Origin: Eledone cirrhosa
Lineage: Eukaryota
NCBI GenBank assembly: GCA_964016885.1
Contig: OZ024741.1
Location: forward strand, 107,756,001 to 107,820,000
Direction of reading: 5' to 3'
Length of the DNA: 64,000 bases
Position 1 is the stretch's first letter; each line of letters starts with the position of its first letter. The notes beneath the pieces were generated by a model, which searched no databases, was not told where the DNA came from, and worked only from the letters and a program-made list of their open reading frames with translations. Below, in pieces: positions 12,111 through 25,081 of this stretch. A program made the translations under genes and the position numbers.

Positions 12111-13430
12111 GTGCGACGCACGGAGCTACAGGCACATTTCGGCCGAACGCCACCGGCTCCGGACGCCCCAGACCCGTTTCTCGCCCTGGGCCGACGACCA
12201 TCTTCTTGGACGCCGGCCCCAGGGCAATTTAGCACCCTGGACGCGTTCGTCGATGCCAGCCGTAGCGCAGTAAATCGTTTCGACTGCCGCCACCGTTCCA
12301 AACGGTATATCTCACGGGGCGAACTCCTCGCTCTCCGCTCCCTCCGTAGCCGAGATGACATCGTCATCAAACCGGCGGACAAGGGAGGCGCCGTGGTGGT
12401 GTGGCGCGCGGACCTCTACACGGCCGAAGCCCTCAGGCAGCTCTGTAACCCCCTCTTCTACCGCCCTCTACACTCCGATCCCACACCCCTCTACCAACAA
12501 CAAGTTTCCTCCACCATACAAAACCTTGTCGCCTCCTCCCTCCTCCCCTCCACCGCTTCCCACCTCATCGTCCGCACCCCCCGCACCCCCACCATCTACT
12601 TCCTCCCCAAACTCCACAAACCCGACAACCCCGGCCGCCCCATCGTCTCCGCTTGCAACTGCCCCACCGAACTCATCTCCGCCTTTCTCGACTCCATCCT
12701 CGCCCTCCTTGTCACCACCCTCCCCTCCCACATCTCCGACACCAACCACGCCCTGCGCCTTTTCGACTTCTTCACCTACCCACCCGGCCCACAGCCCTTC
12801 CTCTTCACCCTAGACATCAAGTCCCTCTATACCGTCATCCCCCACGCCGACGGCCTACGCGCCCTCAAACACTACCTCGACCTTCGCCCCTCCCCCATTC
12901 CCTCCACCCCCACCCTCCTTCACCTCGCCGAGCTGGTCCTCACCCTCAATTGTTTGTCCTTCTCGGGTGAGTTTTACCAACAGGTCACGGGGGTAGCCAT
13001 GGGTACAAGAATGGGCCCGAACTATGCCAACCTTTTTGTTGGCCATGTTGAGGCCCAAATCTTTGCCCAGTACACCGGCCCCACGCCCGAACTGTATGTC
13101 GTTACATTGACGACTGTATCGGAGCCACGACCCTCACCCGAGAACAGCTCGACTCCTTTCTCTCCTTCTTCTGCTCCTTCCACCACTCCCTCCACTTCAC
13201 CACCTCTATCTCCACCACCCACGTCCACTTCTTAGACATCTCCGTCACCTTCGACCCCTCCCACCACTCCCTCGTCACCTCCGCCTTCTTCAAACCCACC
13301 GACTCCCACTCTTACCTCGACTTCACCTCTTCCCACCCCACCCACACCAAACACTCCATTCCCTACTCCCAACTCCTCAGGATCCGCCGCCTCTGTAGCC
13401 GAGATGCTGACTTCGAGTACCAGGCTTCTT
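12111..13430 (+). pseudogene. PLE reverse transcriptase with frameshifts (around 11980 and 13100), truncated near 13430
   Basis: ORF 12111-13235 shifts frame just before YIDD. Confidence 0.85.
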
Positions 13431-14116
13431 CCGACCATCTCTTCATGGAATACTCGTATGTGGAACTTGACCACCGTGGAATCTACTAACATCATAGGAG
13501 TTTACCAACATTTCAACCACATCCTCTTACGGAATCACCCTATATAACTCACCCACACACACACCCAAGAAAATGTTTTTTCTCCCACACGCCACCTACA
13601 CCCACAACACGCTTAAACCCCACACACACGTGCTTTCCACCACATATTTACACCCTCAGCCTCCGGATTCCTATCCCCCCACCCCTCTATCAACACACGC
13701 ACAGACACTCCGACCTACACCCCACCCCACACACACCTCTTCCTGAACATGCAACCCCGTTCTTCCCCCAACCCTTGCTTTCACATACACACACACACAC
13801 ACACACGTACACCTACACACACACGTCACCTTCAGCCCTCTCCGCTCGGACACCCCGTCTCCCTCTACCCACTCCACCCGCAACCACCCCTACACACCCC
13901 ACACCCTTCCACCACCTGTTTTACCCCTTTTTATTTTCAGTTTATTTTGATCATGCTTTTATATTTATTTTTATTTCATTTCATTTTATTTTGAACATGC
14001 TTTATTTTTATTTTTATTTTTAATTTCATTCGCACCGTTTCCTCCCACCCCCTTTTCACTATATGTCTCTCCACCACTCCCCTACACACCCTTTGAACTC
14101 TCTTCCCAACACTTCT

Positions 14117-14150
14117 CACCTGAGGAAGGGCTTATGCCCGAAACGTCGTT
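14117..14150 (+). ncRNA. Minimal hammerhead-like motif of the C-rich PLE pLTR
   Basis: CTGAGGA a gggc-ttat-gccc GAAA cg TC; stem I weak. Confidence 0.65.
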
Positions 14151-14236
14151 CCCCACCACCACCCCACTCTCCAGAGCGTGAAATTAATAAACATTCGTTG
14201 TACTGCCTGTCTGTTTTGTTCCTGTTCAAATTTTCC

Positions 14237-14330
<94 letters not shown>

Positions 14331-14414
14331 AACTTTTAAAAGAAGTGAATCTATCTTGAAATAAACAATATATTAAATTATGTTTAATCGTATATATATA
14401 TATATATATATATA

Positions 14415-14572
14415 AAAGACGTAAGATGAGAAAATATTTTTTAAAAAATTTAAAAAAATTTTTTTACTTACTTACTTAAATTTTCACTCCAACTAATTAG
14501 TTTGTGCAATGGGATAAAGACAGTTACGTAATCCAACTGTCGAGAATTCATTGCGTCATCAGGGAGTCTATT
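14415..14572 (-). mobile_element. Dispersed fragment of the 538-bp hammerhead unit arrayed at 49.6-51.5 kb (GAAA mutated)
   Basis: aaagacgtaa..ttttcactccaactaattagttt..tcatcagggagtctattct shared with 49775-49907. Confidence 0.75.
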
Positions 14573-14615
14573 CTGTGCAGCTGTGCGCCTATGTTAGTTG
14601 ATATATTAAATTATC

Positions 14616-14646
<31 letters not shown>

Positions 14647-14936
14647 ACAAATAACGAAACGAAATTAAATTTCGTTTCGTTTGTAACTCACTTTTGTATG
14701 ACTGACGCTTAAACAATTAAGTCAAAAATGTACATCTACATATGCATACTGAAATACTAGTGTGTATATGAATACACACACGTATACATATGTAGGTGTA
14801 CCAAGTCTTTCACTGGTCGCTTTACAGTGAGCGGCCCAGCTATTCTGTATGTAAACACACAGACAAACCGGTTTTTAGAGTCATACTGGTTTTTGGGGAA
14901 ACACCTTCCCCCTATTCTCCACAAAGCCAGACAAGG

Positions 14937-14981
14937 AATATTGAACTAGTTTCGTTGTTGTTACAACTCATCAGCAATATT
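14937..14981 (-). ncRNA. Type-I hammerhead ribozyme
   Basis: aatattg CTGATGA gttgt-aaca-acaac GAAA ctag TT caatatt: perfect stems I and II, palindromic stem III. Confidence 0.9.
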
Positions 14982-15403
14982 TACCTATCTACCTGCCTTT
15001 CTGGAGAATTGTAAAAGCACATATCGTTATATGCTTTTTCTATGAAAATTAGTAGTGGGCAGACTAATTTGCATAGAGTGTGAGTACGCACCGGTTCAGC
15101 GGAGACGATAAAAACAAATAACGAAACGAAATTAAATTTCGTTTCGTTTGTAACTCACTTTTGTATGACTGACGCTTAAACAATTAAGTCAAAAATGTAC
15201 ATCTACATATGCATACTGAAATACTAGTGTGTATATGAATACACACACGTATACATATGTAGGTGTACCAAGTCTTTCACTGGTCGCTTTACAGTGAGCG
15301 GCCCAGCTATTCTGTATGTAAACACACAGACAAACCGGTTTTTAGAGTCATACTGGTTTTTGGGGGAACACCTTCCCCCTATTCTCCACAAAGCCAGACA
15401 AGG

Positions 15404-15448
15404 AATATTGAACTAGTTTCGTTGTTGTTACAACTCATCAGCAATATT
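15404..15448 (-). ncRNA. Type-I hammerhead ribozyme (second unit)
   Basis: Identical to 14937-14981. Confidence 0.9.
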
Positions 15449-15924
15449 TACCTATCTACCGGCCTTTCTGGAGAATTGTAAAAGCACATGTTATATGCTT
15501 TTTCTATGAAAATTAGTAGTGGGCAGACTAATTTGCATAGAGTGTGAGTACGCACCGGTTCAGCGGAGACGATAAAAACAAATAACGAAACGAAATTAAA
15601 TTTCGTTTCGTTTGTAACTCACTTTTGTATGACTGACGCTTAAACAATTAAGTCAAAAATGTACATCTACATATCAATATTTGAAGATGATTCTTTAGCT
15701 GTTGTTGAAGTGGTTGAAAAAGAACATCTTCTGCAGAGTTCTATACAAGAATATTTCAATAATATGAATTGTCTGGGTGCGTAGTTGGATACAAAGGAGA
15801 CACTATAACGTATATAAAGTGTTGGAATATATGAGAAGTATTCAGTTACTCCAGCGGATGAAATATTGGAATTTAGAATAAATGATTTGGATGTTTAACA
15901 CCTATCAGGTAAACATTATTTCTA

Positions 15925-16114
15925 TGGCGGTGGATTAGCAGTATCGGTAGAGGGCCGGACGCCATGCTTTCCAGCATAGTTACGTCCCTTTACGATCTGA
16001 GTTCAAATCCCGCCGAGGTTGACTTTGCCTTTCATCCTTACGGGGTCGATAAAATAAAGTACCAGTAATGCACTGGGTAATTGCTGGCCTTGTGCCTAAA
16101 GTAGAAACAATTAT
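15925..16114 (+). mobile_element. tRNA-derived SINE, full length
   Basis: A box tagcagtatcgg, B box gagttcaaatccc, conserved body, tail agaaacaattatt. Confidence 0.9.
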
Positions 16115-16376
16115 TTCTATGCTTTGATGAGATTTAGTATGAGGTACAGTTTCATATGTGTTTGTGGATCTGAAATTTGTACGAATGTATATACACATAT
16201 GTGAATTATATATGTATTTTTAGTGTGAAAATTTACGTATGTATGCGTTTTCTCTTATACATTTGCATATGAGCCAGCAGGTAGGTGTACGTATTTATGC
16301 ATGTGAATGTATGATTGTTTCTATATGCATCTGTTTTAGAGCTCCAGTGTATGTGTGTCTATATGCATCTGTGTAC

Positions 16377-16416
<40 letters not shown>

Positions 16417-16754
16417 ACATATATAGTGAAGTAAACATAGAGATATGTGTTCCATCATATTACCTATTCGATTATAACAATAACACCCGGAAATGCTTAA
16501 ATAAGAGTATGTTTCGCTATAATAAGTGAAGAATCCATATTGTAGATGTAGGTCATCGGTGGGTGCCTAACAATATGAACAACACTTCTAAAATAATATA
16601 TGATAAATAAGAAAACACGCATGGTATAGAGGAAAGAAATGTGCGTTTTATAGCGGATAGACCAAAAGACTGCTAAAAATACCAGCTCAAAACCATTCAA
16701 CTTTAGAAGCTCTTCTTACATATAGAAATGAATTAGGAGCCGAAATTATAATTT

Positions 16755-17040
16755 AAAAAACAGAGTTAAAAACTTACATTAATCCCCTATAACTTAGAGA
16801 GCTCAAGGAACATATATTCCGGGCTCTTTTTAAATCAACATATAGAGAGAAGTACACATAGGGATATGAGTTCAATAATAGAGGATCAAAAACCACCAGA
16901 GGGATTTTTGATCCCCTATGATTGAACACACATCTTTATGTGTACTTATCTCTATGTTGATTTATAAAGAGCCCGGAATATATATTCTTTGCGCTCTCTA
17001 AATAATAGGGGACACATATGAGATTTTAACTAGGTTTTTT
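16755..17040. repeat. Fold-back palindrome with ~140-bp arms and a ~10-nt loop
   Basis: atattccgggctcttt..aggatcaaaaa / tttttgatcc..aaagagcccggaatat. Confidence 0.85.
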
Positions 17041-17055
17041 ATTTGAAATAAATAA

Positions 17056-17110
<55 letters not shown>

Positions 17111-17313
17111 AGCGGAAGTTTAGTAAAATCGAAGTTATGGCGGTGGCCAAACCAACGAGTTATAATTAAGTTTGCACAAAGCACTCAATAAGAATGTGTC
17201 GGTAAATCGATAGGCTACACCTTAGAGTAATTAACATACGTTAGATAGCGTGACAAACTGAAAACTGCGACAAAACAACGAAAATACAATCAGGTTATAT
17301 ATATATATTCTCG

Positions 17314-17520
17314 AACATACTACAGAATAACAAATTGTAAACGAAGCCACGATCACTTCACAATCCAGAAAAAAGCTTATGAACACCTCAGCTATTCCCT
17401 TTAAAATTTGAAATATTTCTAAATATGGTATAGGGAATAAGAACACACACGTCATGCGCACACACTCACACAAACACACATATATATATATATATATATA
17501 TATGTATTTATGTGTGTGTG

Positions 17521-17609
<89 letters not shown>

Positions 17610-17710
17610 TCAAATTTTAAAGCGATTAATAGGTGAGGTGTTCATTAGCTTTTTCTGGATTGTGAAGAGATCGTGGCTTCGTTAAGAATTTGTTATTATG
17701 TAATATGTTT
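17314..17710. repeat. ~100-bp inverted repeats around a TA/TG microsatellite
   Basis: aacgaagccacgatc..caatccagaaaaa versus ttttctggattg..gatcgtggcttcgtt. Confidence 0.75.
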
Positions 17711-18037
17711 CAGAAGGTTCCAATATCATTTAGCTAATAGAAATATTAATGATGTGAAAGGTCGTTACATTAGTACTATCTAAAACCTAGAATCCAAGGT
17801 TATTAAAGCAAACAACTCGATATTAACATATTTTTACTGGGTTTCTTATTCACAAGTTGATTTTTATTATGCCACATAAATCGGCAGTGGTATGATGTAC
17901 TATTATTTATAAATATTTGTTTTTCAAATGATCGAAACTATCTCTTTACATATATACAGATAGATAGATATATATGCACTCATTTCTCTCTCTCTCGCTC
18001 TCTCTCTCTCTCTCACTCTCTCTCTCTCTCACCCCCT

Positions 18038-18094
<57 letters not shown>

Positions 18095-18194
18095 GTAGGA
18101 GGTGAGATCTATTGTAGCACAATAAAGCAATGCAAATATCGGATAAGTAGCACTCAACAGTTTGGAGTATAAACAGACCGGAGTATAAATAATA

Positions 18195-19303
18195 TAAAAT
18201 CAAAAGATGGTTAAAAGAGTTCCATGTATTTTATTATGCGCATTTCAAAAACAAATATCATCATAGGATGATATTTGCGTTCTTATCAGATAAAATAGGG
18301 AGATATGATATGAAGCTTAAAAGACACTTGCGAGCAGTGAAGTGTTAAATCAACATATGAAAAATAAAATAAGATGGATATATGAGATTGGGAAAAAAAG
18401 GAAAGGAATGAGGGAAGGAAAAGGTAAGGAAGAGGAAGAAAGAATATAATAATAAAAAAAAATAATAATAAGGAAAGGATGACGGAGGAGGAGTATAAGA
18501 AGGAAGGATGAGAGAGGAGGAGAAAATGAGTGAGAGAAAGAGAGATAACCTTTAAACATCGTCTCACAGAGAGAAATAAAAAAAACCGTTGTAAGATAAT
18601 GCATAATTTAAAAAAAAAATGTTTAATTAAAAGTCAATGAGGTGATGCTTATGATTAAAGAAAAAGGAATTAAGAATACTATTTATTTAAGGTTTATATA
18701 TTGAAGGGTTTAATAATATTTGCGAAAAGGAATTTATTAAAATGTATTATTAAAATAAAATATATTAAGAAGATAAGGTGAATGAAGATGAGGTTAAATG
18801 AATTATGAACTTAGAGGAATTAATTAGGGCCCAAGTTTGTTTCTATGTATTGTAATAGGAAGAAGTAAATAAGAGGTTTAATACGAGCACGGAAGGAGAG
18901 AAGAAAGGAGACATTCAAGGAAGAAAAAATATATAACGTCAAAAAAATATGTTTACAAAATTAAACTAATGGTAATATTAGTATATATTAAAAATAAAAA
19001 TGTGTATGGCCTCCGTCATCCTTTCCTTATTATATTATTTTTTTCTTATTATATTCTTTCTTCCTCTTCCTTAACTTTTCCTTCCCCCCTTCCTTTCCTT
19101 TTTTTCCCAATCTCATATATCCATCTTCTTTTATTTTTCATATGTTGATTTAACACTTCACTGCACGCAAGTGTATTTTAAGCTTCATATCATGTCTGCC
19201 TATTTCATCTGATGAGAACGCAAATACCATCCTATGATGATATTTGTTTTTGAAATGCGCATAATAAAATACATGGAACTCTTTTAACCATCTTTTGATT
19301 TTA
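18195..19303. mobile_element. Inverted pLTR-like element (arms 18195-18488 and 19010-19303) with a hammerhead in each arm
   Basis: ~290-bp reverse-complement arms inside TA-flanked sequence. Confidence 0.8.
19201..19271 (+). ncRNA. Type-I hammerhead with extended stem II
   Basis: tatttcat CTGATGA gaacgcaaata..tatttgttttt GAAA tgcgca TA ataaaata. Confidence 0.75.
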
Positions 19304-19704
19304 AATTATATATATATATATACATATATATACATATATATAGAGTAATAATATTAAATTTGAAAACTAATATATATATATATTGCATGTGTGTGTTTAT
19401 ATCACGTAACTTAGCTGTTCGACAATTACAGTTCTTACAGTTCTATAGAACTAGGAACGAACTTGAACAAATAATGTGAGGGTAGATAAGGTTTTGTTTA
19501 TGTATATCAATAATGAATGTTTAAACAAGATAACTGCTTACAAGAGAATGTGACTCAGCGGTGTACTTATGAGTAAACAATATATAATGTAGTCAACATA
19601 TTTAGACTATTATAATAGACACAGAAACATATGTTAAAGCCAATAAATCCCTACCCTCCTTTCTCGCCGAAGGCTATATTTTTCTTGGTGGTATACTTGC
19701 TTAT

Positions 19705-19781
<77 letters not shown>

Positions 19782-20387
19782 CGTACATATATATACATAC
19801 ATGTATATATACATGCATATATATATACATATATATATATATACGTCTTCATGTGGTAGCTAAGTATATGTTATGTTTATACGATTACTTATTTGCATAG
19901 GTAAGTATATATTACCTGTATGTTTTGTGAAGGTACGTATACTTTCTCGTGCGTATATTTGATTGTATATGTTATGGCGTATATTTTATATATTCTGGTA
20001 CATATGCTTTTGTTATGTGTATACGGGAGTTTTGCGTCCGTGTGAGTATGCGGGTTCGTACGTATGTAGTGTGTGTGTATATGTGTAGTTCGTGTTTTGG
20101 TTGACCTACGTCTCCGAACATTTCTGTATTTACAGGTAGGTATTGTGTGCGCTTGTTATATACGTATTTATTTATTTATATACGTTTATTTAATTATTTG
20201 TATACACACACACACATATTTATATGTGCGAGCATTTGTATACCTATGCCGAGTGTTTTTGCGTATGCTTGTGTATGTACGTATATGGATGCGCGTATGT
20301 ATTTATTTAATTTCAATTACCTCTGTATTTTATTTACTTTATACTTAACTCTGAAGCCGAGAATCATTCGTTTTCCTAGTTAGAATT

Positions 20388-20665
20388 TTAGTCTACGACT
20401 TCAGTTATACCATTTACGTGGTTTTGTCTTTGAGTGCAATTGTTCTCCACGCTCCACATATGACGTATTATCTTCGTTTTTTTTTCGTTCATTGCCAGAG
20501 AACCTCTCAATGAACCACATAAGAGAATATTAGTCTACGACTTCTTTTATACCATAAACGTGGTACTTTCTTTGCGTGTAATTGTTTTTCACCGCTCCAA
20601 ATAATGACGTAATATATTTGTTTTTTTCCCGTTCTTTGTTAGGGAACGTTTCCACGAACCAAAGT
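20388..20665 (+). repeat. Diverged tandem duplication (~142 bp x 2)
   Basis: ttagtctacgacttc at 20388 and 20530. Confidence 0.7.
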
Positions 20666-20681
20666 ATCGTCTTCCTGTCTT

Positions 20682-20812
20682 CCTCCAGTTGCAACGTTTT
20701 TTGAATGAAATATTCACTTCTGCGTTCACAGATTGACTTTGTTAGTTTCAGAAGATCCCGTTAAGGGTGAAAGCAGCGATTCTTTGCTTAAACTTTAATC
20801 TGTTATTTTAAT
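20682..20812 (+). repeat. Dispersed ~130-bp repeat; second copy at 22218-22345
   Basis: gttgcaacg..aatattcacttctgcgttcacagattgactttgttagtttcagaagatcccgttaagggtgaaagcagc. Confidence 0.8.
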
Positions 20813-20989
20813 AAATATTTGCTCTACGCTTCTTATATATTTGATATATATTTATCCTTATCGAGCCCTCTTTGGATTTTAGTCTTCAAATTTATTATTA
20901 TTACTATATACATACTAGATTCCTACTTCCTCCCGTTAGACCTGTACGGAATTCCTTCCCTGCTCACATTCCAACCAGGTTTGATGGTA

Positions 20990-21269
20990 TTTATTCTCTC
21001 TCGTTCACGATTTCACCGAACTTATATTCATGGAAATTTGGGACTTGACTCGTTCTTCCTCACTTTTCGTTGCGTCACCATCTTTGTTTGTTTATACTCT
21101 CGCTGTCCCCTTTATTTACGTGTCCCAACGACTTTTTTTAGAGGTTGCTCGCACCAATCGGAGGTATATGGTCTTTAAAGCGAAGGAATACCTGTGATGG
21201 TTGGAAGATCACTGACGAAGGACCACTTTATTCATATGTAACCCATTTACAACCACGCAGCACGTTTAT

Positions 21270-21275
<6 letters not shown>
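20990..21275 (+). mobile_element. TA-associated repeat family; copies at 44680-45312 (minus) and 45896-46125
   Basis: Shared gttgctcgcaccaa..gaggtat..tgatggttggaagatcactgaYgaaggac. Confidence 0.75.
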
Positions 21276-21305
<30 letters not shown>

Positions 21306-21309
<4 letters not shown>

Positions 21310-21727
21310 GGAAAAATGGCACGAAATTTCATTTCTCACTCTTAGTACGGCTGTTACTTAAATATAAGTATGTACACGTACATACATAGATGTATACAGA
21401 CGTACAGTAATATGTATATATATATATATATACATACTACTGTACGTCTGTATACATGTATGTATGTTCGTGTACATACTTATATTTAAGTAACAGCCGT
21501 ACTAAGAGTGAGAAATGAAATTTCGTTTCCTTTTTTCCGTTTATCGTTTTCAGTACCCCGGCCGATTAACTCACTCGATATGCAAATTAGGCTGCTCAGC
21601 CGTTAATATGCATAAGGAAAGTATATACTTTCAGACGTTCAATCATCTGGCAGAAAGGTACACGTTGCTGAAACTAGTATAGCGTTCCTTTGTCAGTGTT
21701 GAACAAATGAGCAACGATGGTTGCTAG
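21306..21727. mobile_element. Inverted copies of the 37.2-38.9 kb hammerhead family; hammerhead stem II deleted here
   Basis: 21306-21415 is the reverse complement of 21434-21543; gttgctgaaactagta is a collapsed core. Confidence 0.75.
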
Positions 21728-21953
21728 ACACTGTACGCCTTAATTCGGGATGTTTGTTTGAAAGAGGAACGCCTAAATTTACCAGCACCCAAAACATGGA
21801 GTACCTTTTTAGATCAAGGAGGAATCCTCCCCACAACTGGGGGAGTTCGAAAACGAGATGATTAACATTATCTCCAAATTCTTCGCACACCCACCCAGGA
21901 GTCGGGAGTACCTGATCCAGCCTTTATAATTTTCAGCAGAGGTCGGAGAGTGC

Positions 21954-21999
21954 TAGGCTCTGATGACCACCAACAGTGTGAAACAGATCTGTCAGCTTA
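21954..21999 (+). ncRNA. Type-I hammerhead ribozyme (310-bp family)
   Basis: taggct CTGATGA ccac-caaca-gtgt GAAA cagatctg TC agctta. Confidence 0.85.
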
Positions 22000-22155
22000 T
22001 CTCCCTTCCTTTGTTGAAAAAAGAAGTAAGTGACATAGTCACTACTTTAAAATAATAGCCCAATGTCTTCAAAGTGTTTTTAATTAAACATACAGTATAT
22101 TGCCAAATATACTAAACATATATTCATGTATACATCTACATCACTATTTCAAAAT

Positions 22156-22191
<36 letters not shown>

Positions 22192-22337
22192 ATAATAATA
22201 AATTTGAAGACTAAAATCCTCCGGTTGCAACGTTTTTAGAAATATTCACTTCTGCGTTCACAGATTGACTTTGTTAGTTTCAGAAGATCCCGTTAAGGGT
22301 GAAAGCAGCTATTCTTTGCTTAAACTTTAATCTATTA

Positions 22338-22443
<106 letters not shown>

Positions 22444-24069
22444 AATTTATGTATAGTATATTTGGCAATATACTGTATGTTTAATTAAAAACATTTTGAA
22501 GACATTGCGCTATTATTTTAAAGTAGTGACTAAGTCACTTACTTCTTTTTTCAGCAAAGGAAGGGAGATAAGCTGTTTCACACTGTTGGTGGTCATCAGA
22601 GCCTAGCACTCGCCGACCTCTGCCGAAAATAATAAAGGCTGGATTCTTATAGAATTCCAGTAATAATCAGGAACTGATCATACAGAGCGATTGCCGGTCC
22701 AGCAAAAATTGAAAATTAGGATTGGTGCTCTGAAATAGCGATGTATACATGAATGTATGTTTGTATATTTGGCAATATACTGTATGTCTAATTAAAAACA
22801 TGTTGAAGACCTTTCGCTATTATTTTAAAGTAGTGACGATTTTATATTATACACAGGTAACAGTTTTACGAGCAACTTTTAATTAGTATTCTTTGTTCAT
22901 TTTCCCCACAATAATATTTACATTATAATGAATCATTGCCATCCAGTACTCCATAAGTGTTATGAAGCAGCTCTAAGAGGTAAGAAGCACCTATTCTAGG
23001 AGCCATTGCTCTTGTGGGATCATACAACAAGAATAATATTTTGACAGTTTATCAACCCGGGCTTTAGTAGGATCCACTTTCTCAATTTTTCCAAACAGAG
23101 AAATAGAAAAGACTATTGTTATATCGGACAAAGGAAATCATTTCTATTGGTATACATACCGGTTGCATCTCCTGAAAGCAGCATCCCATCTTTACCGTTT
23201 GCAGAATACTGGATTTCAACTGAAAACTCACAGAGCCGGAACAGATACAGCAACAAATCTTTTAACATTACAGTCAATCAACCAATCCACCAGCCCTGAA
23301 GTGCTACTTTTTATATCATTTTATATTGCACTACTCTATATATCAGCCACTAAACAGTGAAAGACAAAATTCACCTCGATGGGATTTATACTCAGAGCTC
23401 AGGGAACGGAACAAAATACACAGGAATTTAATCTGACAACATAACGATAAATAGGTTGCCACAAATTCTGACCAATCTAGCTTTAAAATAAATAAGTGAC
23501 ACTTCACACACATATTTATTTTATGTTAATTTCGTTTTATTGTCGGCTGCTTTCTTCTATAATTATCTGTGTGTGACTTTTCACAATGAGTCACGATGAA
23601 TCAGGAACAACAAATCGTTTGATATCAATCAAACCGGATATCCGGGTAGCAGATTCGTGATTCTCTTTCTATATATACATTTCTTCTAATGAGTGATTGT
23701 ATTATCTGTGTATATAATCGATATCACAAGACGGTGATGTTTCACGGATATATCGATACTGAATTTGTGGTTGGCTACAGCGACAACAATAATACTACAC
23801 ACAACAACAACAACCAAAATGAAATAAATGTTCACTAGGGTGATACGCAGCTACACATAATGATATGATGTATATAAACACATGCACACACGTGTGTGTG
23901 TGTATATATTTATATACACATATAGTGTACATACAAATTCTAACAAAAACATAATCTTAGAGACATAAAAATATAGACACACTCACACAGGCACATATAC
24001 ATACATCAGATGCAGCACTAACCACTACTACTACTACTACTACTACTAGAAATAGTATTAGTAGTAGAC

Positions 24070-24135
<66 letters not shown>

Positions 24136-24437
24136 AGACGTCATCTTTTCGTTTTTTTTACCACTTTCTAGACACACAAAGTCCACCTGTTTCGGGTGTG
24201 TATCTGTATGTATGAATGTGTGTGTCTGGGTATACTTCTGAGTATGCGTGTAAGTGTTCTCACCTGAACATCGCTGTGCTGAGACGACATGCATTTATAA
24301 ATTTATAATTTCACAAGACAAATGTGTTTCCGACTATATATATTCTTAATCGTTAATGTTATAGTTCAATTTAAGATTACGCTAGAATAGTTTATAATTC
24401 TTAGAAAGTAACCTGTGAAATTAGATTAAATATTATT

Positions 24438-25031
24438 AACTAGCAGTGGTACCCGGCGTTGCACGGGATAAGGTATTTTGGAACGCGGGCCGCCAATAGA
24501 CCTAATCGTGGAAAAACTGCATGCCTGGACAATATGTAAAGAAAATAAACCGAATACTCTGATGGATGGATAATCTTTAAGATTTTCCTCGATGAAGCAG
24601 GAAAAATGCAGGTTTTCACCTAGTGCGGGCCCTAGGGGATCAGGAAAAGGAATTCTTTTTATGTGCATAATATGCGTTGAAATTTCGGGAAAATCGGCTA
24701 GACGTAACGCCTCCAAAAAGCCCTAAGAAGCTGAAAAAAGGAAGTTTTTCACCTAATGCTGGCCCTAGGTCATAAGAAAGTTGGATTTTCTTTGCTTACG
24801 GTATGAAGAAGAGACTGACTAATACATAGTTACAATTTCAAGGAAATCGGTCTGACGTAACGCCTCAAAAAACCCCTAAAAATGTTTTTAAAATGCAGTT
24901 TTTCACCTAATGCGGGCCATAGGAGAGAAAAAAGTTGAATTTTTTATGTGCATAACACTCCCTGAAACATAAGTAATACACATGTAAAGTTTGAAAAAAA
25001 TCGGTTGGGTAGTTCTCGAGTTTTAGGGATT

Positions 25032-25081
<50 letters not shown>

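Larger units (their letters stand above)
11707..14238 (+). mobile_element. C-rich Penelope-like element, internally deleted (no endonuclease), (TA)n-flanked
   Basis: LLSRGLRFIP, KPADKGGAVVVW, LPKLHKPDNPGRPIVS, DIKSLYT, GVAMGTRMGP, frameshifted RYIDD, KPTDSHSYL..IPYSQLLRIRRLCS; pLTR hammerhead at 14120. Confidence 0.9.
14641..15674 (-). repeat. Tandem array (2.2 x ~467 bp) with one hammerhead per unit; retrozyme-like
   Basis: Unit starts at 14641, 15108 and 15572; near-identical units. Confidence 0.9.

Noticed and set aside
14796-15014. Repeated 72-aa ORF (also the repeated ORFs at 37247 and 38135)
   Set aside because: Antisense to hammerhead units, non-AUG or microsatellite-driven, no protein motifs.
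21790-21890. Peptide YLFRSRRNPP..EFENEMINII resembling a PLE N-terminus
   Set aside because: Too short and needs a frameshift; not enough to call.
22275-22312. CAGAAGA tccc-gttaa-gggt GAAA gcagc TA as a hammerhead (also near 20748)
   Set aside because: Both copies have A at the conserved U position and no stem I; at most a relic.
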